Assembly: GCA_958295885.1 (NCBI GenBank)
Contig: OY282380.1
Span: forward strand, 1,884,082 to 1,948,081
Length of the DNA stretch: 64,000 nucleotides
Source of the DNA: Arenicellales bacterium
Lineage (GTDB): Bacteria > Pseudomonadota > Gammaproteobacteria > Arenicellales > JAJDZL01
Direction of reading: 5' to 3'
Position 1 is the first letter of the stretch; each line of letters begins with the position of its first letter. The notes under the pieces were generated by a model. The model was not told the origin of the DNA and made no database searches. It saw only the letters and a list, made by a program, of their open reading frames with translations. Shown here piece by piece: positions 41,600-51,215 of the stretch. A program made the position numbers and the translations under genes.

Positions 41600-44023
41600 C
41601 TGCCTATTCCGTACAAATTCAGTCTGGACTTAACTTATGTTGAATCCGACCTTTTAAGTTATGGTGAAACCAGCTTTCTTTTTGGGCTGCCATGTGCAGA
41701 GCCAAATCATAAGTCCGCGCCATTGTTGTCAGCATGCTATAGCCTTCCCAGATCTTCTTGTAACCCGGTGGCGGATCATTTTTACGATTCAAATAACCGG
41801 CGAGCATGGCCATCGTCACTACGCCGGCGCCGAGATTTTGTGGCACTTTTTTGCGATTTTGGCGTGCGAAGTCCTTCAATACACCGATTTCGGTCTCGCT
41901 AAACAGCACTTCCATCGGCAATTCCGGGGTTTCTCGACCCAGCAGCGTCATCGCCGCAAGCCGCCAGGCAATCACCGCGTTGATGGTGACCGCACGTTCG
42001 ATGCGCTCGCATTTTCGATGCTTGAGAAACTCCACCTTGCAGCCGGATTTCAAAATCTTGTGCCAATCCTCGATTCGCCAACGCAGCCGATAACGCTGTA
42101 CTACTTGCGTCGCATCGTGCGCGCTGTTGACCGCCAGACTGGTCAGCAGAAACCACTCCAGCGGCTTGACCGCGTCGCCGGCTTTTGCTTCATACACATG
42201 AACCAGATTCAACTTCAGCGGTTTCTCACCCGAAAAACCGCTCGTCGGCTGAATCTGCACCTGACGCCAGCGCAACTCGACCTTTGCCATCCGCGCCGGC
42301 TGCTTCGACATCGCCTTCTGACTGCGGCTGCTGCGCCGCGCCGAACGCGCCAACACCGGCACTTCCAGACTCGCCTGCGCACGTTGCCCGCGGATCGCAT
42401 CGAACATCTTCGGCTGGCCTTTGCCTTGACTTCGATTATGCTGGGCGCGCACCAGCAACTCCACATCTGACAGCCTTCGACACTCGGCCATCACCTCAAA
42501 ACAATCCGCCTCGCGATCCATCACCGCCACCATCCGCACCTTTTCAAGCGGCGCCGCCAACTCTGCGCTCGCACGCAGCCCGCGCAGCCATCGCTGCGTC
42601 TTGGTGCCCTCGTCATCCAGATGGCCATATTCAATGTGCGGCACCCCCAACGGCACTCCCTGCACATCGAGCGCCAGCAGCGAATGCATGTGAATCCCCA
42701 TGGTGCCAGCCGATTTGCGGTTGCGACTGATCAAGCCCATGCCCTGACAGCCACCGTGATTGGCGAAATTCAAATCGGTACCATCCTGCACGCACAAAAC
42801 TTCCGACTGTGCCTGCATTCGCTCCTGCGTTCGCTGTCGATGCGGCGCCAAGATGTTCTTTGGCGTCACCGCCGATTCCGCCGGCTGATCCAGCAGACGA
42901 TAATGCGCATGCACCGCCGCTTGATCCGACCTGGACGCAGCCGTGAACGGCTCCATCGGCTGCCGAGCCTGGATGTCCGCACTTTTCACCAGTCTTGTGC
43001 TGCGACGCTCATCACCTAACGGCGCACCTCCAAATTCCTGCTCCGACCATTCATCAATCGCTAGTCCCTGACCTCTGTCACGCACCGGAACGCGAACCTT
43101 GTCCAACCCCAGATACGTTCGCCATTTCCGTTCTAATTCATAAATATACACCGACTTCACAGCCGCCGGTTCAGACTTGCCCCCAAACCGACCGCGACCC
43201 GTCGTCCAGCCCACATGCCGCCAGTTCGATGCTCGCAGCGATACCCCGCGGTGAGACCCATCCACAAACGTCTCCACCAAATACGGATCAAATCCATAGC
43301 GACTCTTGAAATCCCTGCCGACTCGACGCAGACACAGACCCAACACCTTCGACGCCAGATTCTGACAGCGCACCGAAGGCCGGATCAGGAACCGACTCAT
43401 GCCGATCACTCGATTTAAATGTCGAGACTTCAACTCTGCATCCCAGCCCATCCACTGGTCTCGACTGCGCAGCGCCAGCGCCGACGACGCAAATCCCAGC
43501 GCACCCAAATAGCCATGCTCAGACACTGCCAGATATCGCAGCTGACAGCCTACATGAACTGCCGCTCCTCGCGGATGCTCGCGAATCATCAGCTCGTTCC
43601 ACAGACGCAACTGCGATTCCTCTTCAACCAGCAACAGCTGCAAACCACTGACCTGATCCACCCGCGCCGGCACTCCCTGCGCCAAGGCCACCGCCTGTCC
43701 CAATCCACGCGCCTTTACCTGGCGCACCGTACGACTCGAAGCCGGCAGCTCGATCCGACCCGTCTGCTCCAGATCCCGCAGCACCCGAAGACTGCTCGTC
43801 ACCTGCGCTTTACCCCGCGCATCGTAAAATCCAAACTCCTCACACACCGCATGCGTCAATTCCGTACGATTCGCAAAACTGCGCGTTGCCAGGATCGACT
43901 GCAACTGCTCCAGACCAGATGCTGACCTCAGCTTGCGTGGAATTTGATTCTGCTGATACATGATATTCAAATGTACCAGCTCGAATTTTAAAAGTCAAGC
44001 CCCAATTTGTACTGTATAGGTAG
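41600..44023 (-). mobile_element. IS4-family element, copy 2, 2424 bp
   Basis: Same TIRs as copy 1, inverted; 8-bp duplication GCCGCAGT (41592-41599, 44024-44031). Confidence 0.95.
41619..43970 (-). CDS. IS4 transposase with N-terminal DUF4338/DruA-like domain (copy 2)
   Basis: 783 aa, differing from copy 1 at only a few residues. Confidence 0.92.
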   Translation of the reverse strand: MNIMYQQNQIPRKLRSASGLEQLQSILATRSFANRTELTHAVCEEFGFYDARGKAQVTSSLRVLRDLEQTGRIELPASSRTVRQVKARGLGQAVALAQGVPARVDQVSGLQLLLVEEESQLRLWNELMIREHPRGAAVHVGCQLRYLAVSEHGYLGALGFASSALALRSRDQWMGWDAELKSRHLNRVIGMSRFLIRPSVRCQNLASKVLGLCLRRVGRDFKSRYGFDPYLVETFVDGSHRGVSLRASNWRHVGWTTGRGRFGGKSEPAAVKSVYIYELERKWRTYLGLDKVRVPVRDRGQGLAIDEWSEQEFGGAPLGDERRSTRLVKSADIQARQPMEPFTAASRSDQAAVHAHYRLLDQPAESAVTPKNILAPHRQRTQERMQAQSEVLCVQDGTDLNFANHGGCQGMGLISRNRKSAGTMGIHMHSLLALDVQGVPLGVPHIEYGHLDDEGTKTQRWLRGLRASAELAAPLEKVRMVAVMDREADCFEVMAECRRLSDVELLVRAQHNRSQGKGQPKMFDAIRGQRAQASLEVPVLARSARRSSRSQKAMSKQPARMAKVELRWRQVQIQPTSGFSGEKPLKLNLVHVYEAKAGDAVKPLEWFLLTSLAVNSAHDATQVVQRYRLRWRIEDWHKILKSGCKVEFLKHRKCERIERAVTINAVIAWRLAAMTLLGRETPELPMEVLFSETEIGVLKDFARQNRKKVPQNLGAGVVTMAMLAGYLNRKNDPPPGYKKIWEGYSMLTTMARTYDLALHMAAQKESWFHHNLKGRIQHKLSPD

Positions 44024-45934
44024 GCCGCAGTTTCTACAAAGATGGGCAAGAGTTGGACGCAACCCGGCAGTTGCTCAGTGAGATTGATGTCGCTGGACGA
44101 GTGATCACACTGGATGCGCTGCACAGCACTTTTGAGAGCGTCGATTTGATTTTAGATGCCAAGGCAGACTATATGCTGACGCTCAAGGACAACACATCTT
44201 TGCAGTTGGACTAGGTGCAGTCAATGCCGTGGTACAGTCAGCGGGTGCGGCGTTGGGAAGAGGAGTTGACCAAGGCGCACGGACGCATTGAACAGCGTCG
44301 TATTGAGGTGCTGGAGGTAGACGATCCGAAGCGTTTCGATTTTAAGCAGGTGCGGCAGGCATTTCGCATTGAGCGCGACCGCGAGGTGATCAAAGAAGCG
44401 GACAGTGCGAGCACAGAGCTTATGTTTGGCATCACTTCGGTTGGTGCAGAGCGAGCCGATGCGCAACAACTGCTCAAGTGGAACCGCGGACACTGGAGTG
44501 TTGAAAACTTGAACCATCACATTCGGGACCGTACATTCCTTGAAGACGCCTGCCTGACCCGAACCAGCAATGGTCCGAGCAATCGTGCAATGTGCAACAA
44601 TATTGCGCTGGCGCTGATTTTTCATCACAGTTCCTTAGAGTCAGTGCCGCAGGCGCTGCGCCATTTCAACCTGAATCGTAAAGAAGCTTTCGCCGCAGTA
44701 TTCTCACCGACCTGAAGCCGCGCTTCAGACCCACATTGAACTGACAGTTACCGCTGCTGCGGACCACCGCGGATACGCTCGGCTGTCCATCGGTCGAGAC
44801 CGCACAATTCGTCCGTAGAGTGACAAAAACCACCGTCAATTACCGAATTTGTTCGAAAATGAGCAAAACAGCCATGTGCTGTGAGTGTCATTTCAAATGC
44901 CGCCTACCGGATTTTATGGACCAAAAAATAGCATGGGAAACACCTGGGTGCCACCCCACTGTAGGCTCGCAGCGCGTTATAATCTCTGTGTTGCAGAAGA
45001 TCGGGAACTTCTGACAGTAGCGTGGCGAGGATGAAGATGCCGACACCGGGCAGCGAAGCTAAGATTTCCACGTAACGCTGGCGCGCTTTGTGTTCGGGTT
45101 CATCTGCTTCTCGCAAAATCTTGTCATAAACCTTGATCAGCCGACCCATTTCATGACGGATTTCATGGAGCTGGCGCACCACCACGGTCAAGCGCTCGAC
45201 GACGCTTTTGAGTTGAAACACGGCACCTTGGGTGGTGCCTGCGGTCACTTTCACTGACAGTTCACTGAGAAGTTTCTTGACGGAGCTGGCATCCACGCAT
45301 CGGATGTGATGTTGTTTCAAGAATCGAGTCACGCTGCTGATTCGCAGGCGTTTTGCTTTTTGCGGAGTCGGCGCCAGTTTCAACAGCTGCAGCACCCAGG
45401 AGTGGCTCAGATCGCCATAGAGGTCGATAAACTGTGGGTAACAGTGCCACAACACATCTTGCATCTGGTTGATCAGACGCACTATTTCCTGTTTCAGTTG
45501 AGCATCGAGCCGGGTACAGTCAGGCAACTGTACCAGTTCGCTGCAGGACGCTTCCAGCACTCGTAGCAAGGGTGGTCCAAACGCACGGATTCGACCAGCA
45601 CCCGGGCATCGAGCCGGGCATCCTTGGCACCGGCCACACTGGAATGATCGCGCTGCAGGTCCAACTGTTTAGGATTGATCGAAAACACCTTGAAGTGCCC
45701 GCACAGTAGACTCTCTACCACTGGGCCGCGCGGGGTTTCAATGGCAATGCCCACCGGCTGCGGCTGGCACTCGGTGGCGTTTAAAATTCAAGCGGCCATC
45801 TGGCTCAGGCCGCACCCGCTGTGCTCGAAACTGCGCTGTGCGCAGACCTTGCCGGCTCGGTCCACGATGCACAGCTGGTGAGCTTTCGAACCCCAGTCCA
45901 CGCCCACAAAATTGCTCAATGACTCCATGCACAT

Positions 45935-46130
45935 TCCTCCTGATCGTTGTCGTTCAAAAATTTCGGGCTGCCACAATGCTGATCATCTCCTGTACTGGTG
46001 CTCGATGGCTCAAACATCCTACTGGGCCTCCATTGTGGCGAATGATCGGAGCACAGGCCCAGCTCAGGTGTTCACGACACGAGGGTCATGTTGGCACTCG
46101 TTGCACCCACCTGGTTCGCAATGAACTAGG
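45935..46130 (-). ncRNA. IS110 non-coding end upstream of the transposase (candidate bridge RNA locus)
   Basis: ~200 bp stretch directly upstream of the IS110 SD with no convincing ORF; position matches IS110 architecture; boundaries approximate. Confidence 0.4.
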
Positions 46131-46756
46131 GATTCAGTATCCTCTAAAGCGCAATGTCTCCAGCCCCACCGCAGGCTTCGAACCCGACCCAAAATGCTTC
46201 AGCATTGTGAATCGTTGAATTAATTCGTTCCGATTTAACTCGAATTATCCTTTTCAAACTAATCCGAAATACAACACCCTGACGCAAAAGCATGTATTGA
46301 ATTGGTGCCGAACTTTATTAAAGATGCAATTGCACTGTATCGCGCCATAAACGGTAAAGAAATGGTGTAGATCACCCTGCTGATCTATTGCGTGAGCCAT
46401 ACGAATTTATCCTCGCTCTGCTTGATCAGCATTTTCCGAACATTACCGTTTGGGCTTTTGGGGTGCTTGAAAAATGAACTTCATACCCGAAATCTGACAT
46501 TGAAAATGTTGTGTTTTTCGACGGTGATTCAACGAAATTAGGTTGCGCTGTAGCGAAATTAATTTGAAGAGAGTGATTTGCCGTTCTGAGTTCGATATTC
46601 AGATTTGGAGCGAGTTGCCAAAAGCATTAAAAGATGAGGTCGAACACATCGTGTTAATTCACAAAAACCGTCATGAAATACGAGGTCTGGAAGAAACTGA
46701 CGATCAATGCCTGTAGGGCAGTTTACTACTATACGATACAGTCAAGGCGGTTTTAC

Positions 46757-47704
46757 TTATTTTCTAGTTGCTGCAGGTCCCAAGAAATGCTCACCGTCGT
46801 AATGGATTAAGTGGTTCGGAGCATCGCTTAACCAGACTTCCGTTTCCCAGGCGATGTGATCGATATGCTTTCTAAATTCAGCAGTGTCGGGAAATGCGCT
46901 GACATAGATGGCTTCGCAGGAGCAGTTTGAGAGCATTTCCTTCAATTCCAATTTTCGTTTATCCGAAACCGGCCCGTGAGAAGTGACAGCTTCAATGAAA
47001 AACACCCAATTCATTTCTTCAGAATAAAGAATTACATCCGGCAGTTTGTCGTGTCGCGTGATGTCTATTCCGATTGCTACAAGACCCGCGTTATCTAGTA
47101 TTAGGTCTTTTTGTACAGTATCTCCTAGATACAAAAGTGCTGAACCGGGAGCAAATCTCGGCGCGAAATTCTCGACTATCGCTTTTTGCAGCTCATTGTG
47201 AGAGCCCGGAGACAATTTAATCTGTCGGTCATCTGGCAATATTACCGGAACCAATTCAAATGCTCTGTTGGTTTCGTAGGTTTCCTGCAATATTCCTCGG
47301 TTGGAAATAAAAGTGGCGACCGTCTCAGCCCATTTTTCGGAACCGAATTTTTGGACTGCCTCCAACGCGGCTTCTGAAATTGCGTAGTGTGTATTTGGAC
47401 TATTTGTAGGAAGTCCGGGGTTAAAGGGATTCTGATCGGCAATTCTTCCCTGAATGAACTGATGCAGTACATGTCGACGAAAAGTCTCTCGCGTATTCGC
47501 CGCGTACTCCGCGCCATAATGTTCTTTTATATAGTCCATAATTCCTTTCGTAACTGTGCAGCCAATTCGCCTTGAGTCTGTCCAAGATGTTTCGGGTGTC
47601 AGTGCGCAAAGAGCCAGAAGCGTTAGCCCCGACATACGGTTGCACTGAGCTGGTCGCATACCGAGAGCTCGCAGCACCTCCTGAGCCTGCTCAACATCAG
47701 CCAA
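46757..47704 (-). CDS. BsuBI/PstI-family type II restriction endonuclease
   Basis: YAANTRETFRRHVLHQF, LSPGSHNEL, FAPRFAPG, HDKLPDV, IEAVTSHGP, IAWETEVW. Confidence 0.92.
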   Translation of the reverse strand: MADVEQAQEVLRALGMRPAQCNRMSGLTLLALCALTPETSWTDSRRIGCTVTKGIMDYIKEHYGAEYAANTRETFRRHVLHQFIQGRIADQNPFNPGLPTNSPNTHYAISEAALEAVQKFGSEKWAETVATFISNRGILQETYETNRAFELVPVILPDDRQIKLSPGSHNELQKAIVENFAPRFAPGSALLYLGDTVQKDLILDNAGLVAIGIDITRHDKLPDVILYSEEMNWVFFIEAVTSHGPVSDKRKLELKEMLSNCSCEAIYVSAFPDTAEFRKHIDHIAWETEVWLSDAPNHLIHYDGEHFLGPAATRK

Positions 47705-47705
47705 C

Positions 47706-49319
47706 TTAGACTCTCCCCAAGTCGTTATCAGGCATGCTCATCGTCAAAAAATCGTCAATTAATTGATTTTGTTTAGAACATTTCCTGAAATTACGACCAA
47801 TCGCTGTTATTGTTTGAGCATCTGGCAGCGGAATTGACCGAATTTCAGTCGCATTGACCTGTGTATTCCCATTGACTGTCCGAAAATACGTATCAAGAAT
47901 TCTACTGTTATAGAGCGCTGCCAAACCATATGCTTCAGCTTGAGATATCTTTCCCCCTGGTCGATGAATGTAGTTGACGTGGTTCTCAATGCCAACAGAT
48001 GGACAATCAAGTTCGTCTGAAATATAAGGTGCCGCGGTCAGGCGACGTGGTTGCTCCTTGGAACTGAAGCGACGTAACAGTATATAGTTGTCATTGGGAA
48101 CCAATAGTTGCGTTGCTGAGTTGCTGATGAATTGGGGCTTGCCGCCGTCCAGGGGCCATGTGAAGCGCATGGATTTGACGTGATTCATCCAGATAAGCGG
48201 CAGGTCGCTCTCTACGCGACTGCCTTCTTCCTTAATGAATTTCCTCGCTCGAAAGGGTACGACGGGACCGGTTGAAATCTTCAGCCCCAAGCTTTGTAGA
48301 TTGCAAGGCCAATTGTCCACCAAATCTAGGATGTTTTTCTCTTCTTCAGTGATGGGTAGACGCAAAAATTTCTCTTTAGAATTCGACCTGGTTGCCAAAC
48401 TGAGAGGAACTTTGATTACCGTTCTATTTTTTATGTCATTGATGCCTTTACTCGTAGAAATGATCAGCTGATCGTCTTTTTTGGGCTTAGTGGAACTAGC
48501 AATTCGTTTCCCGTGCATGATGATGTTTTCCTGAAGAACATTGTCTCGAACGAATGCTTTGCGCCGGGAACCGATTACGTGTACAGACTTCGGTTGAACA
48601 AGCTGAAATAAGTATTCCCGAAATCGACGAAAATATAATCCGGATGAAAAACTCCTAGGTGTAATGAATATGAAATCTCCTTGATCGCGTAACAGCGATG
48701 CTCCGACCGCCATAAAGAGTGAATATATGTTCGGCTGTCCGTGTACCACAGCATGTGCCGCGAGAGCACGTGGATCATTCTTATTTATCTTGAAATAAGG
48801 TGGATTTGCAATGACCGCATCATAGAAATCCGGCATTTTCTCTGGTCGAAACAATCCCTTGGAAATCTGTAATGCCTTTGCTTGGTCGAGGATGAAGTCC
48901 CGATTCAAAATGTTGAATGAAACCTTTACATCATAATTCAGTTTAGACCAGTTTTTAAGATAAGTTAGTGTGGCATAAAGAAGTTCTGCCAAGCTCTCAT
49001 CAATTTCGTAAGCGTCTAATTCCACTTCTTTGCATTCAGGACAACTCTTGGCCAAGTGCTCTATTGCTGCGCAACACAACACCCCGCTACCCGCACCGGG
49101 ATCAAGAATGCGCACACTTGAGTTGGATCTTTCTAGGAATCCTGCCATGAAATCTGCTATGACAACCGGGGAAAAATATATCCCGAGATCCTTGCGGCGT
49201 TTTTTGGATATTTGGTTTGTGTGCCATGCGCCAACTCGGTCGGCAAACAGCGTGGGACGTTCTTCCGATGCTGGAACCGGTTGCAATAGTGATTTGGTTG
49301 ATGCAGCTCCCTGATGCAT
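47706..49319 (-). CDS. N6-adenine DNA methyltransferase, cognate of the BsuBI/PstI-type REase
   Basis: ILDPGAGSG (motif I), IANPPY (motif IV), STGPVVPFR, NGNTQVNAT. Confidence 0.92.
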   Translation of the reverse strand: MHQGAASTKSLLQPVPASEERPTLFADRVGAWHTNQISKKRRKDLGIYFSPVVIADFMAGFLERSNSSVRILDPGAGSGVLCCAAIEHLAKSCPECKEVELDAYEIDESLAELLYATLTYLKNWSKLNYDVKVSFNILNRDFILDQAKALQISKGLFRPEKMPDFYDAVIANPPYFKINKNDPRALAAHAVVHGQPNIYSLFMAVGASLLRDQGDFIFITPRSFSSGLYFRRFREYLFQLVQPKSVHVIGSRRKAFVRDNVLQENIIMHGKRIASSTKPKKDDQLIISTSKGINDIKNRTVIKVPLSLATRSNSKEKFLRLPITEEEKNILDLVDNWPCNLQSLGLKISTGPVVPFRARKFIKEEGSRVESDLPLIWMNHVKSMRFTWPLDGGKPQFISNSATQLLVPNDNYILLRRFSSKEQPRRLTAAPYISDELDCPSVGIENHVNYIHRPGGKISQAEAYGLAALYNSRILDTYFRTVNGNTQVNATEIRSIPLPDAQTITAIGRNFRKCSKQNQLIDDFLTMSMPDNDLGRV

Positions 49320-49659
49320 TTCTTATCTTTGCCTGTGTTTTTGTTTCAGCCTAATTTGTTCACTAAGAAATCGGTATGTGGTTGGCGCTTGCTTTTCCCT
49401 GAATATTTGCGCCCGATATTAGCACTCTCAACTTCGAACAAACTGTACAGTCGATAAACTTCATCGCAAACGCCCACAGCAATTCGAAATTTACGTAGCA
49501 GATGGTGTGCGTTACGCCAAGCGACATGACACCAATCATGTGTGCCATTTGAGTGGTCGAATTGCAAACTTTGTCCGAATTCATTAGATAAGTGCTTGCA
49601 AACCATTTGAGCAGGAGCAGATTGATCTGTTCAAAGTTCGAACCGGCGGTGACTGGAGA

Positions 49660-49842
49660 TCAATGGCAATACCTGGCAGATTGACTTAGCAAAAAATAGG
49701 ATAAAGCACTGGCTTGGTGGAACCCGCTTCCCGAGCACACAAAGCCCTTCGGCCAGCGATGCCGTTTGAGTTCTTCCAAGCTGGCTTGCTGGATTGAATT
49801 AGTTGTGCACCAGTTGACCAACTTGGTGAATTTCTGTTCCAT
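49660..49842 (-). pseudogene. IS1595-like transposase N-terminal remnant
   Basis: LEELKRHRWPKGFVCSGSG, a degenerate zinc-ribbon start. Confidence 0.5.
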
Positions 49843-49968
49843 GATCTTGGTTTACAAATCATAATATAAATTATTGATTTTAATATCAAAAGTTAACTCT
49901 GATTATACCACATTGTGTAACAGAAACAGAGATGTATTCCCCTTCAATACGGACTGAAAAATCAATCA

Positions 49969-50715
49969 TCAACCATCTCTTTTTTCAATCTGTCTTAATT
50001 TTTCTGAAGGCAGGCTTGAATATTTTTCTTTAAGTTTTCTGGGTTTCGTCAGCATTTCATCTGCAATATCATTGACCAAGTGAAAAAGATATTCAACAGT
50101 TTCTGCTTCATCACCAAAATCGATTTGACCAGGATGAACGGATTCGTTGCCGATGACTCTGCAGTAGTCTGCCGCCTGTTGCACCCTTTCCGAAACTCCT
50201 CGCCGTACCAGCTCTTTGATGCATTTATTCAAAGTTCCGCTTAATCCCAATTCTCTACATAAATTTTCGACGCATAGTCGAAGAAGTGCGGCGGAGGCTC
50301 TTGCTGAATCCGGAAATATGAGTTGGGCTTCCTCATATAGTCCTTTAATTTCCGAACTCAAGTCTTCATTCGGTGGCGCGACAGTAGACTTCCTCGGAAA
50401 AACCAAATCGTTGCCGACCCATATCGTGAATTCATTACAAGACTTGCAGATTGCAATGCTAAGACTTTGTGGTACTTTAGAAACATGAATACTTTGCATT
50501 CGTTCAAGCAGATGCCTAATGAAATTTTCAACTATTCCCTGATCATAAGATCCTATGTTTTTTCTGTAATCTAAAAACTCTTGGGTCGTCATCAGACCAA
50601 ATCGATCTTTGACACTTCTTGAGTCAACCCATGACTGCTGTGCAAACACTCTGCAATGTGGACAGGTGAATTCTCCTGAATATCGTTTGGGTTTCTTGTC
50701 GGAGGAATTATTCAC
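49969..50715 (-). CDS. DUF4145-domain protein
   Basis: CPHC and CKSC pairs, YEEA...SARASAALLRLCVE, RVIGNESVHPG. Confidence 0.85.
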   Translation of the reverse strand: MNNSSDKKPKRYSGEFTCPHCRVFAQQSWVDSRSVKDRFGLMTTQEFLDYRKNIGSYDQGIVENFIRHLLERMQSIHVSKVPQSLSIAICKSCNEFTIWVGNDLVFPRKSTVAPPNEDLSSEIKGLYEEAQLIFPDSARASAALLRLCVENLCRELGLSGTLNKCIKELVRRGVSERVQQAADYCRVIGNESVHPGQIDFGDEAETVEYLFHLVNDIADEMLTKPRKLKEKYSSLPSEKLRQIEKRDG

Positions 50716-51054
50716 TAATGTCCGTATGGCTGGTATAGATAATTTCAGGTTTATTCACTGATTCCAAGAGTTTTTTCGACACGAACGGTGCAACCGTAGT
50801 TGGCATGGCGTTTAACCCTAAATCAGAGACGAAGCTCTTTCATAAAAGCACAAAGCCAATAGTTGAATTGTAGATTTGTAGAAATTTTAATCTCATTCGG
50901 TAAACGAATCACTACATGAAAAACCGCAACTTGGTTCTCATTGATACGCAATCATATCATTCGCTCGGGTACGAGTCAAAAGATGTAGCATCTAAATTCC
51001 AAGTGAGTTTCAATGAAGTCATCTACTTACCTAAATTAACCGACAACGTCAGGA

Positions 51055-51210
51055 TCAATTGCCGGGCGTACTGAGTTTCACACCCGGCAGAATGCCATGC
51101 TCCCGCTGGATGTCTGCAAGAATCATCCGCATCGAATTGCGGTTGTAATAGCCGCCAAAACTGACCTGGATGTCCAACAGCTGGCGCGCTTTGTCAACGG
51201 TCATGATCAT
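51055..51210 (-). CDS. Small hypothetical protein (51 aa), internally shorter than its paralog at 27374-27615
   Basis: Not in the ORF track: MIMTVDKARQLLDIQVSFGGYYNRNSMRMILADIQREHGILPGVKLSTPGN, starting 5 bp after the pfp stop. Confidence 0.6.
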   Translation of the reverse strand: MIMTVDKARQLLDIQVSFGGYYNRNSMRMILADIQREHGILPGVKLSTPGN

Positions 51211-51215
51211 ATCGT

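Larger units (their letters stand above)
40401..44946 (+). mobile_element. ISAs1-family element with DUF4338/DruA-like fusion transposase, interrupted by IS4 copy 2
   Basis: Ends CAGGGCACTCCCACGCTA / TAGCATGGGAAACACCTG; 10-bp duplication GGTGCCACCC; motifs AADGKRIRG, TLDALH, LTLKDN, RGHWSVEN, FLED; in-frame stop at 44212-44214. Confidence 0.9.
40156..45928 (-). pseudogene. IS110-family transposase, split by the ISAs1 element
   Basis: VGVDWG, AIETPRG, KDARLDA, SLPGVG, AYSGVAP (to 44947), continuing APVTKRS...NAIYHWA (from 40400); also contains a stop and a frameshift. Confidence 0.88.

Noticed and set aside
41600-41902. C-terminal part of the 473-aa ORF at 40481-41902
   Set aside because: Read-through into the antisense strand of the inserted IS4; the true ISAs1 frame resumes after 44031.
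34266-44023. Composite transposon formed by the two inverted IS4 copies around the AGCS gene
   Set aside because: Each copy has its own distinct 8-bp target duplication, so they inserted independently.
46155-46195. tRNA-like GGCTTCGAACCC
   Set aside because: No cloverleaf or acceptor stem can be built around it.
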